Origin: Candidatus Jorgensenbacteria bacterium
GTDB lineage: Bacteria; Patescibacteriota; Minisyncoccia; UBA6257; GWB1-50-10
Direction of reading: 5' to 3'
Assembly: GCA_030648515.1 (NCBI GenBank)
Contig: JAUSHK010000003.1
Span: 44,710-108,709, forward strand
Length of the DNA: 64,000 nt
Part shown: positions 55,016-64,000 of the stretch, in pieces
How the letters are laid out: every line of letters starts with the position of its first letter
How positions within the stretch are numbered: position 1 is the stretch's first letter
Translations under genes and position numbers: made by a program
The notes under the pieces: generated by a model
What the model was told of the DNA's origin: nothing
Database searches by the model: none
Seen by the model: only the letters and a program-made list of their open reading frames with translations

Positions 55016-55426
55016 TCACTCGCACCTTACTTGCGACCATGGGACATTAGCTCCGCCGGTAAGAATATGAAAAACCTCATTTACAAGAAGCCATGCGAGA
55101 ACAACAATCACGAGCCCTATAATCGCGCTTGTAATCTTTGACCTCCCGCTTCCAAACCTGCTGGTATCTCCGGCGGATGTCATCATTAAAATTGCGCCAT
55201 AAACAATCATTACGATTGTGACTAAAATCGCGATTTGAACCATGTAGTTGATAATATTCGAAGTTACGATAATGCCGTCGCAAAAACTGCACGGCCCAGT
55301 AGGCCCGCCGGTTGTGATTTTTGGCGCGTTAGGATTAGAACTGCAGGTAGCGCCTGCCCAAATATTCTGCGCCCCCGCGACGAAGGGAAGGAAGTAAGCT
55401 AAAGCAATAAATAAATATTTTTTCAT
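55016..55426 (-). CDS. VirB2/TrbC-like pilin-family protein (paralog 1)
   Basis: same module: ..IVYGAILMMTSAGDTSRFGSGRSKITSAIIGLVIVVLA; Cys pairs in mature N-terminal part. Confidence 0.45.
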   Translation of the reverse strand: MKKYLFIALAYFLPFVAGAQNIWAGATCSSNPNAPKITTGGPTGPCSFCDGIIVTSNIINYMVQIAILVTIVMIVYGAILMMTSAGDTSRFGSGRSKITSAIIGLVIVVLAWLLVNEVFHILTGGANVPWSQVRCE

Positions 55427-55427
55427 T

Positions 55428-56735
55428 TTATTTTCTTCCCATTAGCGCCGTAACCGCATCCTGCGCCTTGCGGAGCGCCGTCTCGGCAATCGCGGCATTT
55501 GTGTTTACCTCCATAATAGCCTGCGAAAGCGCCGCGCTGATTGTGTCCTCGTCAATTTGCGGCCATGAGCGGGCGGTAAGCGTCTGTCGCGCGAACGCCC
55601 CAAGTTCTACGTCGTTCTGGTCAGTAATCGCAACGCTCTTTAATGCGGGCGGTTTGCGAGTTGCGGCAAAATACTGCTGCGCCGCAGTCGGGCTCATTGT
55701 AACGTCCATTATAAATTCCCACGCGAGCGCCTGTTGCTGCGATTGGCGGGAAACCGCGAGGCCGTAATATTGCGGGAACGAAACTCTGTTTGCGACCGCC
55801 GCATTTGCCGGCTGAGGCGCGGGGATGACTCCGAAGTTTAAGAAAGCATTCCGCGCCTTGATGTCAGGAATCGCCGAGGCAAACCCGAACATCATTGCGG
55901 TTTTTTCCTGCGCAAACGCGTCGCGATCATTCGCGAAGCCGTCGTTCCACGCATATGTCTTGCTGCGCGTATCTGAAAATTGTGTATAGAATTTCAAGGC
56001 GTTCACGCCCTCGGGGGAATTCGCGAATGTCGCGTTTGAAAAATCCGGCGAGACCATCGCGGTGCCGTTCTGAAGCATTAAAAGTTCAAGAATTGAAGGC
56101 GCGTCCGTAATGCTTTTCACCGAGCTTCCGATTGCCGCGCCCGACTGCGTTATCTTCCCCGACGAATCGTACTTGGTAAGTTTAGGAATAATCGCCGAAA
56201 AATCTTCCCATGTCTGCGGCGCGGCGACTGTCGCTTGGTCAAGAAGATTGCGGTTGTAATAGAGCGCGAGCGTGTCAATTGAAAGCGGCAGCGCGTACGT
56301 ATAATTTTGCTGAACAAAATCCTGTCGGACGACCTGCGGGAACGCGTCAAGAAGCGTAGCAGCAGGAAGCGCATCGCTTCCGATTGGCACAATTTTATTA
56401 ATCATCCTCGGCAAGTCCGTGTTGCGAATCATGAAAATGTCCGGGCCGGATATGGAAGCAAGCGCCTCAAGAAGCGCCTGCTGGTATTCGCCGTACGTCT
56501 CAAAGTTGCGGTAGGAAACGGTAACCTTGGGATAAACGGCGTTGAAACTCGCAATCACGGTATCAAGCTCGCTGCGCGATTTTGAAACGCCCCAAATTGA
56601 AAGCGCCCCCGTGATTTTTGTTTTGTCGTTGCCGCCGCCTTTTTGGAAAGCTGGAACAACGGCGATACCGATAAGCACAAGCACGATTAAAAGCGCCGCG
56701 CCCATGAGAATGATTTGATTTTTACTGAAGTTCAT
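55428..56735 (-). CDS. extracellular solute-binding protein family 1 (MalE-like) homolog, orphan (no ABC permease/ATPase adjacent)
   Basis: N-terminal TM/signal anchor, SBP_bac_1-like two-lobe sequence; stop overlaps within 2 nt of first pilin-like gene. Confidence 0.6.
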   Translation of the reverse strand: MNFSKNQIILMGAALLIVLVLIGIAVVPAFQKGGGNDKTKITGALSIWGVSKSRSELDTVIASFNAVYPKVTVSYRNFETYGEYQQALLEALASISGPDIFMIRNTDLPRMINKIVPIGSDALPAATLLDAFPQVVRQDFVQQNYTYALPLSIDTLALYYNRNLLDQATVAAPQTWEDFSAIIPKLTKYDSSGKITQSGAAIGSSVKSITDAPSILELLMLQNGTAMVSPDFSNATFANSPEGVNALKFYTQFSDTRSKTYAWNDGFANDRDAFAQEKTAMMFGFASAIPDIKARNAFLNFGVIPAPQPANAAVANRVSFPQYYGLAVSRQSQQQALAWEFIMDVTMSPTAAQQYFAATRKPPALKSVAITDQNDVELGAFARQTLTARSWPQIDEDTISAALSQAIMEVNTNAAIAETALRKAQDAVTALMGRK

Positions 56736-56775
56736 TAGGGGTAGTAATTAGAAATTAGGAATTAGTAATTAACAG
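56736..56775. repeat. AGTAATTAG-family motif array immediately upstream of SBP/pilin-like operon
   Basis: ggggtagtaattagaaattaggaattagtaattaac. Confidence 0.5.
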
Positions 56776-56802
56776 AAACCAGAACGAAGACTTAAAAATT
56801 CT

Positions 56803-59289
56803 CTAGAGGCATACGATGCCGATGAGGCTGTCCCCTTCTTCAAGGTTCATGACTTTGACTCCTTGCGTCGCGCGTCCGGCAATTCTAATTTGCCCTATCT
56901 TGCTTCGTATCGCCTGTCCCTTTGAAGAAAACGCGATTACTTCTTCCATTTCTTCGCCTACAATCCGCGCATCAATTACGACGCCGGTTTTTGGCGTAAC
57001 TTTCGCGGTTTTAATTCCGGACCCTCCGCGGTGCTGAACCTTATATTCCTTGAGCGGTGTTTGTTTTCCGAAGCCGTGCGCCATTACAACAAGCAGTTTC
57101 GCTCCCTGTACTTTCTTGTCACTTCTTATTATATCAAGTCCCGCGACGATGTCGCCCTTCTTGAGGCGCATTGAGTGAATACCGGCAGCGGTTCTTCCCA
57201 TTTGCCGCACATCTTTCTCTTTAAACCGAATAGATTGTCCTTGCGCCGTAACCATAATTATTTCATCCACTCCTATTGAACGCCGCACCCACCGAAGCGA
57301 ATCGTCTGGCTTAATCTTTAAAGCGATAATGCCGCTCCGTCTCACGTTTTCAAAATCTTTGAGCGCGGTCTTTTTAATGACGCCGCCGCGCGTTGCCATT
57401 ACGAGATAGCCGGATTTTTTCTCTTCGCTGGAATATGTCACGATTGCCGCAATTTTTTCCTCCTGCGAAAGCGTAAGGAAATTATGCACGGACTTGCCCT
57501 TCGCGGTGCGGCTTGCGACCGGAATTTCGTGCACTTTTGTCTGGAACGCGCGCCCGCGGTCGGTGAAGAAGAGCGCGTTGTCGTGCGTGTTCGCGGAGAG
57601 AATATCGTAGATCTGGTCTTCTTCCTTGAGTTCAATGCCGATAAGCCCCTTCCCGCCGCGCTTCTGAGCGCGGAAAGATGTCGGCGGCATGCGTTTTATG
57701 TAACCATCTTTCGTAAGCGTCACGATGACTTCCTCCTGCGGAATCAAATCTTCCTCATTGAATTCTTTGAGTCCCGACGCGATAAGTTTTGTTTTTCGCG
57801 CGCTCGGGTACGCCGCCCGCATCTCCCCCGCTTCGTGTTTTATAATCTCCGCGATTTTCTTCGGGCTCTTTAAAATTATCTCGCACTCCGTAATAAATGT
57901 TTTCTTTTCTTTGAGTTCGTCCTCAATCTTGTGCCGCTCAAGCGCCGCGAGCGTCTGGAGTCGCATCTCAAGAATCGCGTTTGCCTGAATCTCCGTAAGA
58001 GTAAACTTTTTCATCAGGTTTGTCCGCGCGTCATCCTTGTCTTTTGATTTCTTAATCGTCTCAATAACTCTATCTATCGCGTCAAGCGCTTTTACGAGCC
58101 CCTCCAATATATGCGCCCGCTCCTTCGCTTTCTTTAAATCAAACTCGGTCCGCCTGCGGACCACGACCGTCCGGTGCTTCAGGTATTCGCTCAAAATTTC
58201 TTTGAGTGACAGTACCTGTGGCTGAATGCCGTCAACCAAGGCAAGCATATTGAAATGGAAATTTTTCTGAAGTTCGGTGTAGCTGTAAAACTGGTTTAAA
58301 ACTTTTTGCGGAGCGCCGTCTTGTTTCAGCTCAACCACAATGCGGAATCCCTCGCGGTCGGACTCGTCGCGTATGTCGCGAACGCCCTCAACTTTTTTTG
58401 AAACTACAAGGTCCGCCATTTTTGAAATGAGGTCTGACTTGTTCACCTGATACGGAATTTCCGTGATGACGATCTGGAACCCGCCGGCTGCCTGCCCTGA
58501 GCTTGTCGAACGGGTTCGTTCCTCAATTTCCGCAACGGCGCGCATCGTAACGGAACCGTGTCCAGTCGCATACGCTTCCTCAAGCGCTTTTTTGTCGTAG
58601 ACGACTCCACCAGTCGGGAAATCAGGTCCAGGGATAAACTGCATAAGCTCTTTCGTGTCAGCGTCCGGATGCTCGGCAAGATGCATAATCGCGTCAAGCA
58701 CTTCAACTAAATTGTGCGGAGGAATTGAAGTCGCCATGCCGACCGCGATGCCGACGACGCCGTTCAAGAGCAAGTTCGGAAGTTTTGCGGGAAGATATTT
58801 CGGCTCTTCGCGCGAGCTGTCGTAGTTCGGCTGCCACTCAACCGTTTCTTTTTCAATGTCCAAAAGAAGTTCCTCGGAAATTTTTGTAAGCCGCGCTTCG
58901 GTGTAACGCATCGCGGCGGGCGCGTCGCCGTCAACCGAACCCCAGTTTCCCTGACCGTCAATAAGCGGATAGCGCAGAGAAAAATCCTGCGCCATGCGGG
59001 CGAGCGTGTCATAAATCGCGGAGTCCCCGTGCGGATGGTACTTGCCCATCACTTCTCCGACTACGTTCGCTGACTTGCGGAATTTCGCGGTGTGGAGAAG
59101 GCCGGTGTCCCACATAGCCCAGAGAATTCTCCGTTGAACAGGCTTCATCCCGTCGCGCACATCAGGCAGCGCGCGCGCGATGATGACGGACATCGCGTAA
59201 TCAAGATATGACTCGCGAAGCTCGTCTGTAATTTCGCGCGGCTCAATGCGCTCAATGCTCACTGGTGGTTTTTCTTTTGATTTATCCAT
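56803..59289 (-). CDS. gyrA: DNA gyrase subunit A
   Basis: active-site region HPHGD..Y, QRR motif, C-terminal beta-pinwheel repeats. Confidence 0.9.
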   Translation of the reverse strand: MDKSKEKPPVSIERIEPREITDELRESYLDYAMSVIIARALPDVRDGMKPVQRRILWAMWDTGLLHTAKFRKSANVVGEVMGKYHPHGDSAIYDTLARMAQDFSLRYPLIDGQGNWGSVDGDAPAAMRYTEARLTKISEELLLDIEKETVEWQPNYDSSREEPKYLPAKLPNLLLNGVVGIAVGMATSIPPHNLVEVLDAIMHLAEHPDADTKELMQFIPGPDFPTGGVVYDKKALEEAYATGHGSVTMRAVAEIEERTRSTSSGQAAGGFQIVITEIPYQVNKSDLISKMADLVVSKKVEGVRDIRDESDREGFRIVVELKQDGAPQKVLNQFYSYTELQKNFHFNMLALVDGIQPQVLSLKEILSEYLKHRTVVVRRRTEFDLKKAKERAHILEGLVKALDAIDRVIETIKKSKDKDDARTNLMKKFTLTEIQANAILEMRLQTLAALERHKIEDELKEKKTFITECEIILKSPKKIAEIIKHEAGEMRAAYPSARKTKLIASGLKEFNEEDLIPQEEVIVTLTKDGYIKRMPPTSFRAQKRGGKGLIGIELKEEDQIYDILSANTHDNALFFTDRGRAFQTKVHEIPVASRTAKGKSVHNFLTLSQEEKIAAIVTYSSEEKKSGYLVMATRGGVIKKTALKDFENVRRSGIIALKIKPDDSLRWVRRSIGVDEIIMVTAQGQSIRFKEKDVRQMGRTAAGIHSMRLKKGDIVAGLDIIRSDKKVQGAKLLVVMAHGFGKQTPLKEYKVQHRGGSGIKTAKVTPKTGVVIDARIVGEEMEEVIAFSSKGQAIRSKIGQIRIAGRATQGVKVMNLEEGDSLIGIVCL

Positions 59290-59308
59290 GGTTTTTTCTA
59301 TTTACGAT

Positions 59309-59338
59309 ATGTCCCTTCGGGACATCTCCCGTAGGGAG
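59309..59338 (-). promoter_or_regulatory. two adjacent short GC hairpins in gyrA 5' leader
   Basis: atgtccc-ttc-gggacat and ctccc-gta-gggag, 20 nt upstream of gyrA start codon. Confidence 0.4.
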
Positions 59339-59347
59339 ACAAACTAT

Positions 59348-59833
59348 TTATTGTTCCGGTTTAAATTGCGTGCTTGTCGCGGTTATTGAAAATTCGCGGC
59401 TCTGTCCTAAAAATTCCATAAGCCGCCCGATGCGGTCCCCCGCCTCGCCTTTTGCGAGACCCACTTTTCCAATGAAAGAACTCCAGATATTTATAGCACC
59501 TCGCGAGATAACACTAAAGAATGAATCGTTCTCTTCCGATGCTGACGCATTTTCCGGAGAGTTTGTTTGTTCGGCGGACATGCTTGTTTCTGACGGATTT
59601 ACTTGTCCTGAGCTTGCCGAATGGGCCGAATCCATTGTTGAAGTTGCCCCACTCGCGCTCACGTCTGGTTTCCCTTGGATAAGTGCCGGAATACTCACGT
59701 TTAGATATAAAAACCAGAGACCGATGACAATAATCATAGCAGCAGAAGAAAGAATGATAAGCCACCGGCGCTTCACATCATCATTAGCCCGCTGGATTTC
59801 TCGAATGCGGTTATGAAGAGTTTCAAGCGCCAT
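59348..59833 (-). CDS. hypothetical bitopic membrane protein with Ser/Thr-rich segment
   Basis: 161 aa, one TM helix (WLIILSSAAMIIVIGLWFLYL). Confidence 0.4.
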   Translation of the reverse strand: MALETLHNRIREIQRANDDVKRRWLIILSSAAMIIVIGLWFLYLNVSIPALIQGKPDVSASGATSTMDSAHSASSGQVNPSETSMSAEQTNSPENASASEENDSFFSVISRGAINIWSSFIGKVGLAKGEAGDRIGRLMEFLGQSREFSITATSTQFKPEQ

Positions 59834-59834
59834 A

Positions 59835-60401
59835 TTATGAAGAAAGAAGCACTACTTTCATTGCGTGCGGCACAAGATCCTTTTTCTTTATCGTAAGCTT
59901 TTCCTCTTTTGTTTCATCTCCGCCGAATTCTTTAATAAACGGCTTCGGGTCTTTAAATAATGAAGGGATTACAATGCTCGGTTCGATTTGCCGGACAAGT
60001 TTTGCGGCTGATGATTGTAGAATGTTCGGACTTCCGCCCGCGGGAATGATTACGACGTCGCAGCCGTTTAAAGCGAGAAGAATTTTGGGGTCCGGCTCTT
60101 TGGCGAGATATCCTAAAATTCCGATTACAACATCATCCCACCTGATGCGATAAATAGTTTTTTCTGTTCTGTTGTCTTGTCCTACGCTCCAACCCTCAAT
60201 ATGAATGCCTTTTGTTTCGTACTCGCCCTGATGTTCAACAACGAGGCCGCCCTCAAGGCTCACTGGTAAAACCGGCGGGAGCGTGGTTAAAACCACCGCC
60301 GTCGCGCCTTTAAGCGACCGCGCGTTTGTCGGGTCTATAAGAATCACATCGTTGCCATTTTGAATTTTAAAGTAATTATCCCCCTGATAACTGATTGTCA
60401 T
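59835..60401 (-). CDS. MBL-fold metal-dependent hydrolase (UPF0173-like)
   Basis: 188 aa, DVILIDP..., small beta-lactamase-fold family pattern. Confidence 0.45.
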   Translation of the reverse strand: MTISYQGDNYFKIQNGNDVILIDPTNARSLKGATAVVLTTLPPVLPVSLEGGLVVEHQGEYETKGIHIEGWSVGQDNRTEKTIYRIRWDDVVIGILGYLAKEPDPKILLALNGCDVVIIPAGGSPNILQSSAAKLVRQIEPSIVIPSLFKDPKPFIKEFGGDETKEEKLTIKKKDLVPHAMKVVLLSS

Positions 60402-60464
60402 ATGTAATAAGTATACGTCGGTTTCGCTTGATTTTCAACCGCGGGTATAGTATCTTTCCCCTGT

Positions 60465-61559
60465 ATGATAAACACAGACTATAAACAAGACGCGCTTATC
60501 CTGCCACTCGCAATTAAATCGGATCCGCGGCTTTTTGCCTTTTTAAAGGCGGGAGATCTTATCTCGGGCGCGCTCATAAAAAAAGGCGCAAACATTGCTT
60601 TTATTGATTTGGGAAAATACGGAACCGGCGTGGTGTATCACGATGAAATGTTAAACGCGCGGGAACTGTTGCGGAACTTGAATCCCGGCGACACGGTGCA
60701 GGCGAAAATAGTTGATACTGATAACGAGCAGGGATTTGTGGAACTCTCGCTCTCCGAAGCCGGACGGCAGAAAGCATGGGGCGAAATTACCGAGCTTAGG
60801 GAAAAAGACGAGCCGATTGCCATTAAAATCATGAGCGCTAATAAGGGCGGGCTAATCTCCGAAATCCGCGGCATTCCTGCCTTTTTGCCGGTTTCCCAGC
60901 TTTCAAACGACCATTATCCAAAGGCCACGTTTGAGGAAAAAGAGAAAATACTTGAAGAGCTCCAGAAGCTTGTCGGCGAAGAAATCAAAGTGAAAATTAT
61001 TGACGCGAATTCGCGCTCAAATAAATTGGTTGTTTCCGAACGCGAGGCGTCCGAGGTTTCAAGCCGCGAGTTCGTGAAGAATTATTCCGTCGGACAGATT
61101 GTTGAGGGAATTATTTCGGGCGTTGCCGACTTCGGCGCGTTTATGAAGTTTACCGACAATCCGGCTGTTGAAGGTTTGATACACGTCTCGGAACTTGATT
61201 GGCGTACTGTTGATAACCCGAAAGAAATCGTGAAAATTGACGACGTTGTCAGGGTAAAAATTATTGAAATCAAGGACGGCAAGATTTCGCTCTCGCTCAA
61301 AGCGTTGAAGTCCGACCCGTGGCAGACGGTCGGCGAGCTTTTCCGCGAAGGCCAGGAAGTTAAAGGAACTATTTATGCCACGAACCCGTTCGGCGCGATT
61401 ATCAATCTCGGCGGTTCTTTCCAGGGGCAATTGCACGTTACGGAATTTGGCAGCATTGAAGAAATGAAAAAGCGGTTAAGCGGAGACAAGGAACACGTCT
61501 TTATTATTGAAAGCATAAAGCCCGAGGAACGGAGAATCGCGCTGAAGCTCAAAGCATAA
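60465..61559 (+). CDS. S1 RNA-binding multi-domain protein (ribosomal protein S1-like)
   Basis: four repeats with S1 OB-fold signatures (G..V.G.V......G.FV.L....G..H.SE). Confidence 0.65.
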   Translation: MINTDYKQDALILPLAIKSDPRLFAFLKAGDLISGALIKKGANIAFIDLGKYGTGVVYHDEMLNARELLRNLNPGDTVQAKIVDTDNEQGFVELSLSEAGRQKAWGEITELREKDEPIAIKIMSANKGGLISEIRGIPAFLPVSQLSNDHYPKATFEEKEKILEELQKLVGEEIKVKIIDANSRSNKLVVSEREASEVSSREFVKNYSVGQIVEGIISGVADFGAFMKFTDNPAVEGLIHVSELDWRTVDNPKEIVKIDDVVRVKIIEIKDGKISLSLKALKSDPWQTVGELFREGQEVKGTIYATNPFGAIINLGGSFQGQLHVTEFGSIEEMKKRLSGDKEHVFIIESIKPEERRIALKLKA

Positions 61560-61560
61560 C

Positions 61561-61650
61561 GCAGGTAATTAGCAATTAGTAAATAGTAATTAGGAAATAA
61601 AAAGAATTGCCACTAGTCGTTGGATAATTCGATTAATTACTAATTACCAA
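61561..61650. repeat. AGTAATTAG-family motif arrays (direct and inverted) upstream of ftsH
   Basis: ggtaattagcaattagtaaatagtaattagg ... taattactaattacc. Confidence 0.5.
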
Positions 61651-61660
61651 TTTCCATTTT

Positions 61661-63499
61661 ATGAAAAATCTTAGTAAAAAACTCATCATAGTAATTGTTT
61701 TCTTCGTGTTGCTCGCGATCGCTTTTTCATCGGTTGAGATGAATGGCGAAAAACCGAAACAGCTTTCTTTAAACGCGCTCGCGCAAAAAATCGGCACTGG
61801 AGAAGTAAAAAGCATTGAGGTTTCCGGCAACGACGTAAACGTGGTGCTTAACAGCGGGGACAAGGTTTTGGCGCAGAAAGAAGCCGAGTCCGGGCTCGTT
61901 GAAACGCTTAAGAATTACGGCGTAGATCCGAAACAGCTTCAATCCATAGATGTTTCCGTAAAGGGGCCGGGCGGAACGCAATATTGGCTTGAAATTTTAA
62001 TTCCGACGCTTCTCCCGCTCATTGTAATAGCGATAATCTTTTTCTGGCTTTTCCGTCAGGCAAAAACAGGCGCGAATCAGGCGTTCTCATTTGGAAAAAT
62101 AAACGCGCGGCTCTTCGCAGTTTCTCGTGACCGCATTTTATTTAAAGACATCGCGGGACTCAAGGAGGCGAAAGAAGAATTGCGCGAAGTCGTGGACTTT
62201 CTTAAAAATCCAAAAAAGTTTTTGGATATCGGCGCAAAAATCCCGCGTGGAGTTCTTCTTATTGGATATCCGGGAACTGGCAAAACACTTCTTGCGCGCG
62301 CGGTCGCGGGTGAGAGTAATGTCCCCTTCCTTCACATCTCGGCATCCGAATTTGTTGAAATGTTTGTCGGTGTTGGCGCCTCCCGCGTGCGCGATCTTTT
62401 CCAGACCGCAAAGCGCGCCGCGCCGGCGATTATCTTCATTGATGAAATTGACGCCGTCGGCCGCGAGCGCGGCACTGGTTTAGGCGGCGGGCACGATGAG
62501 CGCGAACAGACATTAAACCAAATCCTCGTTGAAATGGACGGCTTTGACCGCGACACGAACGTGATTGTGATTGCGGCGACGAACCGCCCTGACGTGCTTG
62601 ACGCCGCGCTTCTCCGCCCAGGCCGCTTTGATCGGCGCGTGATGCTTGACATGCCGGACATTCAGGACAGGAAAGCGGTTCTCGAAATTCATAGCGAAGG
62701 AAAGCCACTCGATAAAGACGTTGATTTACGGACAATCGCGGTTCGCACGCCGGGATTTTCAGGTGCAGATCTCGCAAACCTCATGAACGAAGCAGCAATC
62801 TTGGCCGCTCGGCGCAATAAGAAAATTGTGAGCCAGGCGGAAATCATTCATTCAATTGAAAAAGTTATGCTTGGTCCGGAGCGAAGAAGCCGCGTGATAT
62901 CCGAGCGAGAAAAGAAAATCACTGCGTACCATGAAGCCGGCCACGCGCTCGTCTCGGCAGCGTTAAAGGACGCCGACCCGGTGCATAAAATTTCAATCGT
63001 GAGCCGCGGATTTGCCGGCGGATATACCTTAAAGCTTCCAACCGAAGAGCGCCGACTCAAAACGCGCGCGCAGTTTCTCGCGGAACTTGCCGTCGCTTTC
63101 GGCGGATACGCTTCTGAACTTCAGGAATTCAAAGACATCACAACCGGCTCATCAAGCGACATTCAGCAAGCGACTGACATCGCGCACGACCTCGTTGCTC
63201 GCTACGGAATGAGTGAAAAGCTTGGGCCGCGCGCGTTCGGCAAGCACAGCGATCTTGTGTTTCTTGGGCGCGAGATTTCTTCTGCGCGCGATTACTCCGA
63301 GAGCGTCGGCACGAAAATAGACGAAGAAATTAGCGCGGTTATCCAGAAAACGCTCGGTATGGCGAAAAAGATTGTCTTGGGAAACAAGGAAATTCTTGAT
63401 GCAATCGCAAAAGAACTGATTGAAAAAGAAACGATTGAGCACGAGGAGTTTAATAAATTAATAAAGAACTTTAATCTGAAACCGATTGCGATAAAGTAG
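61661..63499 (+). CDS. ftsH: ATP-dependent zinc metalloprotease FtsH
   Basis: N-terminal TM pair, AAA Walker [17 protein letters not shown] zinc site. Confidence 0.9.
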   Translation: MKNLSKKLIIVIVFFVLLAIAFSSVEMNGEKPKQLSLNALAQKIGTGEVKSIEVSGNDVNVVLNSGDKVLAQKEAESGLVETLKNYGVDPKQLQSIDVSVKGPGGTQYWLEILIPTLLPLIVIAIIFFWLFRQAKTGANQAFSFGKINARLFAVSRDRILFKDIAGLKEAKEELREVVDFLKNPKKFLDIGAKIPRGVLLIGYPGTGKTLLARAVAGESNVPFLHISASEFVEMFVGVGASRVRDLFQTAKRAAPAIIFIDEIDAVGRERGTGLGGGHDEREQTLNQILVEMDGFDRDTNVIVIAATNRPDVLDAALLRPGRFDRRVMLDMPDIQDRKAVLEIHSEGKPLDKDVDLRTIAVRTPGFSGADLANLMNEAAILAARRNKKIVSQAEIIHSIEKVMLGPERRSRVISEREKKITAYHEAGHALVSAALKDADPVHKISIVSRGFAGGYTLKLPTEERRLKTRAQFLAELAVAFGGYASELQEFKDITTGSSSDIQQATDIAHDLVARYGMSEKLGPRAFGKHSDLVFLGREISSARDYSESVGTKIDEEISAVIQKTLGMAKKIVLGNKEILDAIAKELIEKETIEHEEFNKLIKNFNLKPIAIK

Positions 63500-63543
63500 C
63501 CGGCTTGACACGCCCGTGTCTACGCCCGATTATTTTATAGACG

Positions 63544-63615
63544 CGGTCCGTAGCTCAACGGTAGAGCAATCGTCTTATACACGATTGGTTGTAGGTTCGA
63601 ATCCTACCGGACCGA
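63544..63615 (+). tRNA. tRNA with anticodon TAT (Ile2/UAU-type)
   Basis: 72-nt perfect cloverleaf by hand: acceptor CGGTCCG/CGGACCG, D-loop AACGGTA, anticodon stem ATCGT/ACGAT, loop CTTATAC, T-loop TTCGAAT, discriminator A. Confidence 0.7.
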
Positions 63616-63630
63616 CTGTTAGGTACTATT

Positions 63631-64000
63631 ATGGGCCGTTTTCAAAATTTATTTTTCAAGGCGCGGGAATGTAAGGATTGTGGTCCCCTGCCGGAAAACC
63701 ACTGGCATAATTTTCTGGATGATCCGGTTAATTTGGTTTTAAGGCGATATATCAAACTGCCGAGCGGTGTTACTCACCTGTGCACAAAATATATAACGAA
63801 TATTTTTGAGTCGTTCGGGCTAATTTCTTTTGTCCGTGATTTTGAGCCCGGCGCTATTTCCCTGCGAACAACCGTTTTTACGGATGAAGGGAAAAAACGC
63901 GGGTGGAATTTTCAGTACGCAAAAGGCCCCGCCGGATACCTCAACGATTTTTATATGGCAATTGGCGGGAAAAAATATTTGTGCGAAGGTCTGCCGCACG
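63631..64000 (+). CDS. hypothetical protein, partial (runs off window end)
   Basis: ATG at 63631, open frame to end of window; CxxC motif near N-terminus. Confidence 0.3.
   Translation, partial: MGRFQNLFFKARECKDCGPLPENHWHNFLDDPVNLVLRRYIKLPSGVTHLCTKYITNIFESFGLISFVRDFEPGAISLRTTVFTDEGKKRGWNFQYAKGPAGYLNDFYMAIGGKKYLCEGLPH

Noticed and set aside
55428-56735. SBP gene plus downstream small hydrophobic genes as an ABC transporter operon
   Set aside because: The downstream genes have only two helices each with signal peptides and no ABC permease EAA motif. No ATPase gene is present.

Overview
The window reads as a stretch of a small-genome bacterium. The compact gene layout, lone pilB, near-leaderless starts, a UAU isoleucine tRNA, and many secreted or membrane hypotheticals suggest a CPR/Patescibacteria-like organism, but that is inference. 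It carries three parts: housekeeping genes, two pilus-like accessory loci, and a small low-GC island.

The housekeeping backbone includes a ClpC-type ATPase, family-4 UDG, an RNase-J-like beta-CASP nuclease, a MurE-like ligase, ruvA, rpsT, holA, pilB, ruvB-tsaE-polA, a histidine kinase, ruvC, PBP1A, the dnaN/dnaA/rpmH-rnpA-yidC-jag origin cluster, rsmA, comM, pnp-NYN-rpsO, xerC/D, gyrA, an S1-domain protein and ftsH. Three tRNAs are present: Arg-CCG, Leu-TAG, and an unusual Ile with anticodon UAU.

The first accessory locus is a roughly 13-kb single-strand operon (29012..42093). It encodes a VirB4-like ATPase, a VirB6/TrbL-like polytopic membrane protein, a VirB2-like pilin module fused to a large Cys-rich extracellular domain, and about nine uncharacterised secreted or membrane proteins. 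It looks like a minimal T4SS-like envelope apparatus. The second accessory locus (53657..56735) is an operon of an orphan solute-binding protein translationally coupled to four tandem paralogs of the same VirB2-like double-helix module.

The low-GC island (about 49.2..53.6 kb) contains an integrase, a 2-gene AT-rich cassette, tRNA-Leu, and two genes driven by duplicated consensus sigma70 promoter modules, one being an SPFH/NfeD-like pair. Other observations are a candidate oriC with DnaA boxes between dnaA and dnaN, a recurring AGTAATTAG intergenic motif family, a pair of zinc-ribbon mini-ORFs, and twin GC hairpins in the gyrA leader. One structured intergenic region with a strong terminator may encode an sRNA.

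One caveat on the input: the displayed sequence line starting at 4021 shows only 50 nt, so fine detail in 4021..4080 is uncertain.
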